Shown here one piece after another: positions 1 through 9,166 of a stretch of 64,000 bases of DNA (position 1 is its first letter; every line of letters begins with the position of its first letter). Location of the stretch: assembly GCA_963806225.1 (NCBI GenBank), contig CAWDXG010000004.1, positions 1,728,001 through 1,792,000 on the forward strand, given 5' to 3'. The notes below the pieces were generated by a model, which saw only the letters and a list, made by a program, of their open reading frames with translations, did no database searches and was not told the origin of the DNA. The DNA is from an uncultured delta proteobacterium (lineage in GTDB: Bacteria; Myxococcota_A; Polyangia; Polyangiales; Polyangiaceae). Both the position numbers and the translations under genes were made by a program.

Positions 1-543
1 GTGCGGATGCGTGCCTGGATGGCCGTCGGGGAACCAGCGCAGGTTCCAGGTTCCGATGCGGGCGCGCCCCGCGGCGCGCGGCGCGTGGCGCCCCGCCGCG
101 AGCGCCGCTTCGCACGCCTTGTCCGACGCCCACACGCTCGAGCTGTCGATCGGCTGCGGCTTCGACGCCGAGCCAACGTAGCGCTCGGTGATCCAGCCGT
201 GCGTGCCGTCGGCGGCACGCACGCTGAGCCAGTGTCCGCCCTTGTCGCGCGCTTCCACGCGCACCTCGCTGCCGTCGGGCAGGCGCGCCGAGACGCTGCT
301 CGTGCCGGGCTTGTCGTGCAGCGGCACGCCGAGCTTGCTCTTTGCGACCAGGCGCACCCGCGCCGGCTCGGGCTCGGGCGGGGTTCCGCTCGTGTGCGGC
401 GGGCTCTGCCGCGCTGCCCGACCGGAGGCGGGATAACTGGTCGAGGCCGCGCCATGTGCCTCGCCCCCCGGCGCGCGGTCATGGCATCCACCCGCCGCGA
501 TCAGCGCGGCGGCCAGAGCCAACGTCCGGATCGAAAAGCGCAC
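1..543 (-). CDS. Lipoprotein with SH3-like domain and the start of an endonuclease/exonuclease/phosphatase (EEP) domain; runs off the window
   Basis: Not in the ORF track. Manual translation from GTG at 543 gives MRFSIRTLALAAALIAAGGC (lipobox), then an SH3b-like segment (LPDGSEVRV...HWLSVRAADGTHGWITERYV), then RIGTWNLRWF, the typical first strand of EEP domains. Open to position 1. Confidence 0.7.
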   Translation of the reverse strand, partial: MRFSIRTLALAAALIAAGGCHDRAPGGEAHGAASTSYPASGRAARQSPPHTSGTPPEPEPARVRLVAKSKLGVPLHDKPGTSSVSARLPDGSEVRVEARDKGGHWLSVRAADGTHGWITERYVGSASKPQPIDSSSVWASDKACEAALAAGRHAPRAAGRARIGTWNLRWFPDGHPGTHPH

Positions 544-622
544 GATCGCGACCGTAGATCAACACCCCACGGGAAGCACACCGGCGCCTTGAAGGGCGCG
601 CTCGATCCGCGTATGAACCCGC

Positions 623-2749
623 ATGAGCGACGCCGAACAGGCCGTGCGCCTGGAGCTGTCCGACCAGATCGCCACGTTGATTGTCGACAATCCGCCCGTC
701 AACGCCCTGTCCGCGGCCGTGCTGACCGGGCTCGGAGAGCGGCTGCGCGCGGCCCACGCCGATCCACAGGTCGCGGCGATAGTGCTCGCCGGCGCGGCCG
801 CTACGTTCGTCGCGGGTGCCGACATCTCCCGGCTGCAGGCGATCGGCAGGGGCGCGCCGCTGGGCTCGGGCGGCTCACTCGCGGCGATCCTGCCGCTGGT
901 CGAGAGCGGGGAAAAGCCCACCGTCGCCGCTATCGACGGCTTCGCGCTCGGCGGCGGGCTGGAGCTGGCCATGGCCTGCAATGCTCGCGTGGGCAGCACG
1001 CGCTGCCGTGTGGGACTGCCGGAGCTGAAGCTGGGACTGATTCCGGGCGCAGGCGGCACGCAGCGGCTACCGCGACTGGTCGGCGTACGGCGCGCCGTCG
1101 ACATGATGCTCGGCAGCACGCAGATCGACGGCCGACAAGCGCATGAGCTCGGCATCCTGGACGAGCTGGTCGATCCGGGCAGCGACGTCGTCGAAAGAGC
1201 GCAGCAGGTGGCGCGTGAGCTCGCCGACGGACGCCGCGAGCTCAGCCGGGCGCTGGAGCGGGACGACCGGCTGGAGTCACTGGACGAAGCGCGCCGCATC
1301 ATCGCCGACGCGCGCGCCGCGGCTGCGAAGAAGCAGCGCAACGTCGGCTATCCCGATGCGTGCCTCGACGCCGTGCTCGAGGGCGTGGAGAAAGGCGCCG
1401 AAGCCGGTTTTTCGCGCGAGCAGCAGCTGTTCCGCGAGCTGCTCGTCTCGGACGCCGCGCGCGGGCTCATCCACGTCTTCTTTGCCACGCGTGCGGCAGG
1501 CAAGGTACCGGGCGTTACCGACGCGGGGCTCACGGCGAAGCCGATCCAGCGCGTCGGCGTGCTGGGCGGCGGCACGATGGGTTCGGGGATTGCGACGACG
1601 CTGATCTCGGCCGGCCTCGAGGTGCGGCTGAAGGACGTCGACGACGCCGCGCTCGAAGCGGGCGTCGCCCGCGTGCGCGGCAACATCGAGCGGAACGTGG
1701 AGAAGGGCCGCATCACCCGCGAGCAGGCCGACACGACGCTGGCGCGTCTGCGCGCCCAGACCGACTACGCCGGCTTCAACGCGCTCGACATGGTGATCGA
1801 AGCGGCCACCGAGAAGGTGGAGCTCAAGCAGCAGATCTTCCGCGAGCTTGCCCAGCACACGTCCGACCGCGCCATCCTCGCCAGCAACACCTCCACCATC
1901 GACATCGAGCGCATCGCACCGGAGGGGACCTCCGGGCGCCTGCTGGGCACGCACTTCTTCAGCCCCGCCCACATCATGAAGCTCGTGGAAGTGGTGCGCA
2001 CCGCGGACACCTCGCCGCAGATACTCCTCGACACGCTCGGGCTCGCGAAGAAGATCAAGAAGACCGCCGTCACCGTCGGCAACTGTCCCGGTTTCCTCAT
2101 CAACCGCATCTTCATGCGCTACGGGCAGGCGGCCGGCTGGCTCATCGACCGCGGCGTCGATCCGTACCGCGTCGACCGGGCGCTCTACGCCTTCGGCATG
2201 CCCATGGGACCGAACCGCATGGGCGATCTCGCCGGCCTGGACGTGAGCGTCTTCGCGGCCGGCATCATGGACGCCGCCTATCCCGAGCACTCCTATCGCT
2301 CGGTTCTGCGTCGACTCCTGGTGGAAGCCGGACGTCTCGGCGAAAAGAGCGGCAGCGGTCACTACCGCTACGAGGGCAGGAACGCCGTGGAGGATCCGGA
2401 GCTCGCCGATTTCGTGGCGCGCGCCCGCGAGGCCGCCGGAAACCCCGAGCCCATCTCGCCAAGCGACGAGGACATCGTGCGGATGGCGCTGTTCGGCGTC
2501 GTCAACGAAGCCTGCCGCGCCATCGAGGAAGGCATCGTGGTCCGCCCGGGCGACATCGACGTGGCCGCCATCCTGGGCATGGGCTTCCCGGCCTACCGCG
2601 GTGGCCCCATGAAATGGGCCGACACAATCGGCGCCCGCGCCGTGCACGACGCGCTGGCCGGCTGGCAGGAGCGCCACAACGCGAAGCTCTTCGAGCCCAG
2701 CCGCCTGCTCGCCGAAAAGGCGAAGAGCGGCGCGTCGCTGCTCGACTGA
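623..2749 (+). CDS. Multifunctional fatty-acid oxidation protein (enoyl-CoA hydratase + 3-hydroxyacyl-CoA dehydrogenase, FadB/FadJ-like)
   Basis: Crotonase motifs (FVAGADI, GFALGGGLELAMAC, PELKLGLIPGAGGTQRLPRL), NAD-binding GGGTMGSGIA, and ASNTST and HFFSPA motifs. Confidence 0.95.
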   Translation: MSDAEQAVRLELSDQIATLIVDNPPVNALSAAVLTGLGERLRAAHADPQVAAIVLAGAAATFVAGADISRLQAIGRGAPLGSGGSLAAILPLVESGEKPTVAAIDGFALGGGLELAMACNARVGSTRCRVGLPELKLGLIPGAGGTQRLPRLVGVRRAVDMMLGSTQIDGRQAHELGILDELVDPGSDVVERAQQVARELADGRRELSRALERDDRLESLDEARRIIADARAAAAKKQRNVGYPDACLDAVLEGVEKGAEAGFSREQQLFRELLVSDAARGLIHVFFATRAAGKVPGVTDAGLTAKPIQRVGVLGGGTMGSGIATTLISAGLEVRLKDVDDAALEAGVARVRGNIERNVEKGRITREQADTTLARLRAQTDYAGFNALDMVIEAATEKVELKQQIFRELAQHTSDRAILASNTSTIDIERIAPEGTSGRLLGTHFFSPAHIMKLVEVVRTADTSPQILLDTLGLAKKIKKTAVTVGNCPGFLINRIFMRYGQAAGWLIDRGVDPYRVDRALYAFGMPMGPNRMGDLAGLDVSVFAAGIMDAAYPEHSYRSVLRRLLVEAGRLGEKSGSGHYRYEGRNAVEDPELADFVARAREAAGNPEPISPSDEDIVRMALFGVVNEACRAIEEGIVVRPGDIDVAAILGMGFPAYRGGPMKWADTIGARAVHDALAGWQERHNAKLFEPSRLLAEKAKSGASLLD

Positions 2750-2908
2750 GCGCGCGACAGGCGCCTCCCGAAGAGGCCGACCGGGCCGTGTACGGTTTTC
2801 CGCAGTTCGTCGCGGCCCGGCTACCTGACGGAACCCAGAGCATCGTCGAATCGACTAGCCCTCGAAATCGGTCTTCTGCTTTGATAGCCTGCAGCGAAGC
2901 GGGAGGGC

Positions 2909-3370
2909 ATGGTGTCGGTGAGTCGAAGTGTCGTATGTCTCTTTCTCGCCGGCTCTCTGGCAGTCGGCTGCTCGAGTTCGACTGGCAACGGTGGCGTCAG
3001 CAAGCAGTGTCAGGATGCTTGCAACCGCGCCGCACAGCTGTGCCCGTCGCAGTACCACGACCAGGCAAAGTGCCAGAGCGGTTGCTCGACGGGGTCACCC
3101 GGTGAGATCGCATGTTTCAGTGTAGAACAAACCTGCGACCTGCTACAGAAATGCACCGGCGAAGGCGGGGGAGGGGCCGCCGGAAGCGGCGCAACCGCGA
3201 CCCCGCAGCAGTGCCAATCGGCCTGTCAACATGCGGCACAGGTCTGCCCCGATCAGTTCCACGACACAGCCAAGTGCGAAAATGGCTGTCTGCAGGCAAC
3301 ACCGGGCCCTGCCGCGTGTCTCCAGGCAGAGACGACATGCGCTCTGCTGGAGCTCTGCGAAAACCGCTAG
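2909..3370 (+). CDS. Small Cys-rich lipoprotein with a duplicated six-Cys module
   Basis: RBS GGGAGG; lipobox LAVGC; two copies of CQxACxxAAQxCPxQxHDxAKCxxGC...ACxxxExTCxLLxxC joined by a Gly/Ala linker. Confidence 0.8.
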   Translation: MVSVSRSVVCLFLAGSLAVGCSSSTGNGGVSKQCQDACNRAAQLCPSQYHDQAKCQSGCSTGSPGEIACFSVEQTCDLLQKCTGEGGGGAAGSGATATPQQCQSACQHAAQVCPDQFHDTAKCENGCLQATPGPAACLQAETTCALLELCENR

Positions 3371-3489
3371 CGACGTACAGATTGCGGTAGCTACCGCGAT
3401 CGCGCCCGCGATCGGGAGCAGCTGACGAAGGGCCAGAATCCCATTCTTGTTCCCCCCTCGCTTCTCACGTATCCAAGGAGTCAGGGACC

Positions 3490-5433
3490 ATGCCCGACTC
3501 ACACGACACCCTCTCCGCCCTCGAACGCACGAATATTCCGTCACAGATGGCGGATGGCGTCGTGTACCGATTGGAACGGCTTCTGGGTGAAGGCGGGATG
3601 GGAGCGGCGTTCCTGGCGAAGCGGACCGCGCGCGAGGGCGAAGCTCCGGTGGTGGTGAAGCTGGTCAGACCGGAAGTGGTGCGGGCGTCGGGGCAGGCCG
3701 CAGCGCTGCTGGTGAGCAAGGAGGCAGTCGCGCTCGGCCGGCTCAACGAGCGGGTACCACCAACGCCGTTCGTGGTGCGATTGATCGACACGGGGACGAT
3801 CGAGACGCGCGTGGGGGGAGCGCCGGTCACGCTGCCGTGGCTCGCGCTCGAGTACATCGACGGCGGCCCGGAAGGCACCACGCTGCAGGAGCGTATCCAC
3901 TTGACCGTTCAGCGCAGTGGCACCGCGTTCGATACCGAACGCGCTGTGCGCACCGTGGAAGCGCTCACCGGCGGGCTGTCCGCGATCCACGGCGAGGGCG
4001 TGATCCACCGCGATCTGACGCCGGGCAATGTGCTGTGCTGCGGCGTCGGTGACGACGAGATCTTCAAGATTGCCGATTTCGGGATGGCACGCCCGAGCGG
4101 CATGGCGGCGACGTTCGGCGGCGTCGCGTTGGGGACGCCCGGCTACGCGGCACCGGAGCAGTTCGGCGCGGAGCCCGCGGCGATCACACCGGCCAGCGAC
4201 GTGTTCAGCTTCGCGTGCGTCATCTACTACCTGCTCACCGGCGAACCGCTTTTCCGCGTCGGCTCCGCCGCCCAGGGCCTGGTCGCCGTCAACAGTGCCA
4301 CTCGCCGCAGCGTGGCCGACGCGAAGGCACTGTGCAGCGACCTGCGCGCGAGACCGTCGGCCTGCGCAGCCATCGACGCCGAGCTCGCCCAGGCCACCGC
4401 CGTGGACCCGCCACGGCGCCAACAGAGCGCTAGCGCGCTCGGCCAGCTCGTGATCGCCGCCCTCCGCCCTCCAAGCCGCCTGCGCCCGTCCGGGCGGCGG
4501 TACTCGAGCCAGGGTGGCAGCGCGCCGACCGTCCTGACGGGATGGCAATGGACGACCCGACACCACCCCGGGGGCGACGTTGTCGTCCGCGCGAGCGCCT
4601 GGGACGGTGACGGCCGTTGTCTGGCGGCAACCGATCGTGGGCTGTGGTTCTGGAACGGGACCTCCTGGCAGACAGCGCCGGACAACGGAGTGCCGCCGCC
4701 GGACCAGATCGGTTTCGTGCGACGACTGTCCGCTGGGCTGTGGCTGATCGGCGGTTTTCGTGGCTACCTCGCGGTGTATGGACAGGACGGAGTGCAGGAA
4801 GTGCTCCCGCGTCCGGACGAGGACGTGACTTTCGAGGCGGCCAGCGGCGATCTGGCGGACCTGGGCGTGCTCGTGGGAACCAGGAACGGTGCGCCCCCGC
4901 TCCTGTACGCAGTCTGCGGCCGGCGCTGGCTGCGGCCGGCATCACTCAGCAAGGCGGCATCCGTCTCGTCGCTCGCACGTCTGGACGACGAGACCTGGCT
5001 CGTCGCCGGTCGGACGCCGAAGAACGCCGGCTTCGTCGCGCGCTACCGACCCCTGATGTGGGACGTGTCCAAGCAGAACGTGCCCCGTGCGCGCGCCTAC
5101 ATCGCCGCCGCAGCCCACGCGGAGTCGGCGACGGCTGTGGTGGCCGGAAGCGGCGGCCACACCGTGCGCTTCAAGGATGACACGATGACCCCCGCCGCCG
5201 TGCCCGGCGAGCCGGACCTGTCGGCGATCGATCTCGATGCCTACGGGCGCTGCTGGGTCGCGAGCCGGGGCAAGCTCTGGCTCCAGAGCCAGGATCGTCC
5301 GACGGACTGGACGCCCATCTGGTCCGATCCCAGCTGGTCGGTTCCCATCGTGAGCCTGTTCGCAAGCCCTGGCGCGGTCATCGCGATGAGCGCCGACGGC
5401 GGCATCCTCGAAGGACGGCTCGACCCACTGTAG
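3490..5433 (+). CDS. Ser/Thr protein kinase with a C-terminal beta-propeller-like region
   Basis: LGEGGMG, VVVK, HRDLTPGN, KIADFG, GTPGYAAPEQ and SDVFS motifs; Trp-rich beta-repeat C-terminal half. Confidence 0.93.
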   Translation: MPDSHDTLSALERTNIPSQMADGVVYRLERLLGEGGMGAAFLAKRTAREGEAPVVVKLVRPEVVRASGQAAALLVSKEAVALGRLNERVPPTPFVVRLIDTGTIETRVGGAPVTLPWLALEYIDGGPEGTTLQERIHLTVQRSGTAFDTERAVRTVEALTGGLSAIHGEGVIHRDLTPGNVLCCGVGDDEIFKIADFGMARPSGMAATFGGVALGTPGYAAPEQFGAEPAAITPASDVFSFACVIYYLLTGEPLFRVGSAAQGLVAVNSATRRSVADAKALCSDLRARPSACAAIDAELAQATAVDPPRRQQSASALGQLVIAALRPPSRLRPSGRRYSSQGGSAPTVLTGWQWTTRHHPGGDVVVRASAWDGDGRCLAATDRGLWFWNGTSWQTAPDNGVPPPDQIGFVRRLSAGLWLIGGFRGYLAVYGQDGVQEVLPRPDEDVTFEAASGDLADLGVLVGTRNGAPPLLYAVCGRRWLRPASLSKAASVSSLARLDDETWLVAGRTPKNAGFVARYRPLMWDVSKQNVPRARAYIAAAAHAESATAVVAGSGGHTVRFKDDTMTPAAVPGEPDLSAIDLDAYGRCWVASRGKLWLQSQDRPTDWTPIWSDPSWSVPIVSLFASPGAVIAMSADGGILEGRLDPL

Positions 5434-5434
5434 G

Positions 5435-5571
5435 CCGGAGGCGCGGCGCGGGCGCGCCCCTCCGCGCCACGACGGCCGGCCGAGCACGCAGCGTGAGGGC
5501 CCTCCGCCGCGCGCAGCGGAAGCGAGCACGGCGAGCGCGGCAGCTCCGCCCTCGGCGGGGGAGCAGCCCCA
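5435..5571. repeat. GC-rich palindromic (REP-like) intergenic element between convergent genes
   Basis: Several short inverted repeats (e.g. GGGGAGCAGCCCC) fill the gap between convergent stops. Confidence 0.3.
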
Positions 5572-6528
5572 TCAAGGCGGCGGCTCGATCGTCACTTTCG
5601 CTTCCACGTGGCGGCCGGAGGCCAGGGTGAAGTAGCCGCGGCCCGGCTTGTCGTGCGTGGGCGGCTTGAAGCCGAGTTCGATCGTGTCTGTGGGCTCGAC
5701 GTCGATCTGGTCGGAGGGAGCCCGCATCGAGACATCGAGCTCGACGTGGAGCTTCTCGGCGCCGGACGCGACATTTCTCTGGTCGAGTGCGAACTGGCCG
5801 GCCTGGAGCATCAGGAGGGTGCGGGCGAGCAGATGCTGGAGCACGGGCGAGAGGGTCTTCTCGTCGGGCTTGGCGCTGGCGAGATGGCGCTGGTCGTCGA
5901 TCTGGATGACCAGGTGGAATCCGCCCGCCGGACCGAGCGGGAGCTTCGACCAGAGCGGGTCGCCGCTGGCAGCGCGGGGCAGCGCGCGGGTGAAGGCCTT
6001 GGCCAGATCGCGCACGCCGGGCAGCACACCGGCGGCGCCGAACTGGCCTCCATGCGTCGCGTCGTGGCCGTCCGCGGCGGCGGCCATGGCGTGGGCGAGA
6101 TCGGGAGCGGCGCCGGCGGACGGGCGCGGCGGCGTGCCGGACGGCGCGGGCGCGGGGGCGCGGGCCGACGCGCGGACCGGCGCGGACGAGCGGGCCGGAG
6201 CGGGCGCTTTGGCGCCGGTCTTCGCCGCGAGCACGGCAGCGGCCTTGGCGGGCGCCGCCGCTGGAACCGTCGGTGCCGGGACAGGCCTGGGAGCGGGGGC
6301 CGGCCGGGTCGCAGGCGCGGAGTTGTGGTGTTGCGCTCCGCCGCGTTCGGAGACGAGGCCGTCGATCTGGAAGGTGTTCCCGGCCCAGGCGTCGTGGTGC
6401 TGCACGTGCGCGGGCGGCGGCGGCAGCACGGTCAAGAGCCCGACCCCGAGCAGCCCCAGGCCCGCGTGTAGCGCCGCGGAAAGCGCCAGCGGGCCCCAGG
6501 GGCCGAGCTTGTCCGGAGTCGCTGTCAT
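5572..6528 (-). CDS. Hypothetical membrane-anchored protein with a Pro/Ala-rich linker (TonB/TolA-like layout)
   Basis: Start chosen at ATG 6528 (GGAG upstream); N-terminal TM ending SAALH, a long PA-rich linker and a globular C-terminus. Confidence 0.65.
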   Translation of the reverse strand: MTATPDKLGPWGPLALSAALHAGLGLLGVGLLTVLPPPPAHVQHHDAWAGNTFQIDGLVSERGGAQHHNSAPATRPAPAPRPVPAPTVPAAAPAKAAAVLAAKTGAKAPAPARSSAPVRASARAPAPAPSGTPPRPSAGAAPDLAHAMAAAADGHDATHGGQFGAAGVLPGVRDLAKAFTRALPRAASGDPLWSKLPLGPAGGFHLVIQIDDQRHLASAKPDEKTLSPVLQHLLARTLLMLQAGQFALDQRNVASGAEKLHVELDVSMRAPSDQIDVEPTDTIELGFKPPTHDKPGRGYFTLASGRHVEAKVTIEPPP

Positions 6529-6622
6529 CGCCGACACTCCCATTGTGACACCACCGAGCCCGTCAGGTTTCACGGCGCCGGAATCGCGCTGGCCGACGCG
6601 GCGTTCGTGGAAACAGGCCCGG

Positions 6623-7819
6623 ATGAGACGCACGTTTGCCCTGCTGACCGCGCTGGCCGCCCTGACGGGTTGCCGGCATGGCGACCGCCACACGGATCCG
6701 CCGCCGACAGCGGCGCCTCCCTCGGCCAGCGCGCCGGCCCCGAGCGCGGCCGTGTCCAGCAGCAGAGCGAGCCCGGCCGCGGCCCCCTCCCCCATCCCAC
6801 CCGCGGAGTTCGCCCGGTTGTTCCGCACGCTGTCGGGACCCGACCACGCGTTCTTCAGCGACAACTACCTTTCGAACGAGACTTCGTACCTCGAGGTCGC
6901 GCCGCTCCTGGCAAAGCACGTCGAGGCGGGCCGCGCCTACCTCGGCGTGGGGCCCGAGCAGAACTTCACGTACATCGCGCTCACGCGACCGGAGCTGGCG
7001 TTCATCGTCGACATCCGCCGCGACAACGCGCTGCTGCAGCTCCTGTACAAGGCCATCTTCGAGCGCGCGAAGAGCCGCGCCGGGTTCCTGTCGCTCCTGC
7101 TCGGACGCCCCTACGACGCCAGCACGGATCCGGGCGCGAGCGCGAGCGTGGACCAGGTGATCGCAGCCGTGGAGCGCTCGGCGCCGGACCGCGCGCTGTT
7201 CGAGCGAACGCACGCCGAGCTCGTTTCGCGCATCCGCCGCGGCTACGACATCCCACTCGACGCGAGCGACCGCGCCACGCTGCAAAGGACGCACCGCGCC
7301 TTCTTCGACGGACAGCTGGCTCTCGCCTTCAAGCTGAAGCCGCCCAACGGCCGCCACTACCCGAGCCTGCGCGCGCTGCTCGAGGCGCGCGGCCCCGCGG
7401 GGCGAAAGCTCGGCTTCCTCGCCAGCTCCGGGCAGTTCCGCTTCGTACGGGCGCTCGAGCTGGCGAATCGCGTGATACCCGTGGTCGGTGACTTCGCCGG
7501 CACGCATGCGCTCCGCGCAGTCGGGGCGGAGCTGTCGCGCCGCCACCTCGTGGTCGGCGCCTTCTACGTGTCCAACGTCGAGCAGTACGTGATGGAGCCA
7601 GCGAAGTGGGCGGCGTGGACAGCCAATGTGCGTGCACTGCCCATCGACAAGCAGAGCGTCTTCATCCGCTGCTACCTCGACCAGGGCCGCCGCCATCCGC
7701 TCGAGATGAAGGGGCAACGCACGGCGACCGTGCTGCAGAGCGTACAGCGCTTCGAAACGCGCGCGAGCGGCTACCGGAGCTTCTTCGACGTCGCAACGGA
7801 CGGCGTGCTACGCGAATGA
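6623..7819 (+). CDS. Hypothetical lipoprotein
   Basis: MRRTFALLTALAALTGC lipobox; conserved-looking globular domain (FFSDNYLSNE, YLGVGPEQNFTYIA, FYVSNVEQY). Confidence 0.8.
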   Translation: MRRTFALLTALAALTGCRHGDRHTDPPPTAAPPSASAPAPSAAVSSSRASPAAAPSPIPPAEFARLFRTLSGPDHAFFSDNYLSNETSYLEVAPLLAKHVEAGRAYLGVGPEQNFTYIALTRPELAFIVDIRRDNALLQLLYKAIFERAKSRAGFLSLLLGRPYDASTDPGASASVDQVIAAVERSAPDRALFERTHAELVSRIRRGYDIPLDASDRATLQRTHRAFFDGQLALAFKLKPPNGRHYPSLRALLEARGPAGRKLGFLASSGQFRFVRALELANRVIPVVGDFAGTHALRAVGAELSRRHLVVGAFYVSNVEQYVMEPAKWAAWTANVRALPIDKQSVFIRCYLDQGRRHPLEMKGQRTATVLQSVQRFETRASGYRSFFDVATDGVLRE

Positions 7820-7825
7820 ACCCCG

Positions 7826-9166
7826 CTACCACGCCGGCAGCGGACCCTGCATCAGCTTCGTCGCCGAAAGCGCCTTGTCGACGGCGGTCTGCTCGGCCTT
7901 GTCCCGGTAGAAGACGAGCTGCTTGTCGACCTCGCCGCGCGCGCGCTTGGTCGCCACGTTGATCAGCGCTTGTCCCTTGAGCTCGAGCTCCCCGCTGTCG
8001 GCCTCGTCCTTCACTTCCTTGGCGATGCCCTCGATCTTCTCGGCGGTGGCGATCACCTTGCGCGCCTTCTCGGTGGTCTCGATGGCGGTTTCGAGCACGC
8101 TGCCCAGCCCGGTCTGCGCAGGGACCAGCGACGCGGCGAGCTTCAGGTAGCTCAGGTAGTCGCCACGGCCGTTCCAGATGTGCATCACCGTGCGGTAGAT
8201 GCGGGAGGTGTGCAGCCCCGTCATCTGGTCGAGCACGGCGAGCAGCTTGCCGATCTCGTCCTCGCGCTCCTTCTGCGCGGCGAGCCACGTCTTGTAGCGC
8301 TCGGTCTTGACGATGTGGTCGCGGAGCGACTTGGCCTGCGCGATCTTCTGGTGGCGGTCGTCGGGCTCTTCTGGCAGCTCCAGCGACTCGGCCGGCGGCA
8401 GCGGATCGTTGGCGACGGCGAGCAGCACCTTCTGGATGTTCTGGGCCAGGCTGGCCGAGTTCGCGTCGGTCGCGCGTGCCACCAGCCCCACGGAGATGAT
8501 GCCCGACTCGATACGGCGCAACCGCTTCCGGTCCGAATCGAGCCGCTCGAGCAGAAGGTAGAGCACGATGCGGTAGTCGTCCCTGTGCACCTTGTACGGC
8601 AGCTGGAACGGCAGCGCGCCACCGGCCTCGATATCGCCGAGCTGGCGCACGAGCTTGTACTGCGCCAGCCGGCCCTCCTCCTGCGCGTTCCGGACACTGC
8701 GGAGCTCGGAGAGCAGACCCGTCAGCGCCTTGTCCAGCCGCGTGATCTCGACGTAGTCGGTCTGGATGTGGTCGCGCGCGAGCTTCCAGGAGAACGTCGC
8801 CTCCTGGCGCTGCTCTTCGTTCATGTCCGCCGTGAACGTGAGCCGCTCGGGGACCTGCCGGTCGATGAGGAAGCGCTCGCCGCCTTCGGTGACACGGATG
8901 TAGAACGGCACCTGCCGCGACTGCAGCGCCGACAGTGCCGTCACGCCCTTCTGCGCCAGCACGCGGTAGGCCTCGCCGCTGCGCTGTTCGGCTCCCTGCT
9001 GGATGCCGGCGTAGGTGCGCGCGAAATAGCTGTAGGCGCCGTGCACCCACTGCTTGCCGTACAGGTGCGCGAGCGGCGCCTGCGCGCGCTGTTGCTGGCA
9101 CGCGGCAACGCCGCACGGCAGCGTGGCTGCGCCGATCAAGAGACCGCGGCGTGACAGCGTCGTCAT
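7826..9166 (-). CDS. Hypothetical Tat-type lipoprotein, predicted helical/coiled-coil
   Basis: LSRRGLL twin-Arg motif then VAAC lipobox; start overlaps the upstream gene's stop (ATGA), suggesting translational coupling. Confidence 0.8.
   Translation of the reverse strand: MTTLSRRGLLIGAATLPCGVAACQQQRAQAPLAHLYGKQWVHGAYSYFARTYAGIQQGAEQRSGEAYRVLAQKGVTALSALQSRQVPFYIRVTEGGERFLIDRQVPERLTFTADMNEEQRQEATFSWKLARDHIQTDYVEITRLDKALTGLLSELRSVRNAQEEGRLAQYKLVRQLGDIEAGGALPFQLPYKVHRDDYRIVLYLLLERLDSDRKRLRRIESGIISVGLVARATDANSASLAQNIQKVLLAVANDPLPPAESLELPEEPDDRHQKIAQAKSLRDHIVKTERYKTWLAAQKEREDEIGKLLAVLDQMTGLHTSRIYRTVMHIWNGRGDYLSYLKLAASLVPAQTGLGSVLETAIETTEKARKVIATAEKIEGIAKEVKDEADSGELELKGQALINVATKRARGEVDKQLVFYRDKAEQTAVDKALSATKLMQGPLPAW

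Noticed and set aside
1..1146. 381-aa plus-strand ORF, and the many other long Arg/Ala/Pro-rich overlapping ORFs (e.g. 1360-3105, 7662-9572, 22553-24811, 40404-42986, 53407-55683)
   Set aside because: Shadow frames of high-GC genes. They have no motifs and overlap well-supported CDS.
2820..2860. Hammerhead-like CTGACG...GAA
   Set aside because: The core is CTGACGG, not CTGANGA, and the required stems and GAAA are absent.
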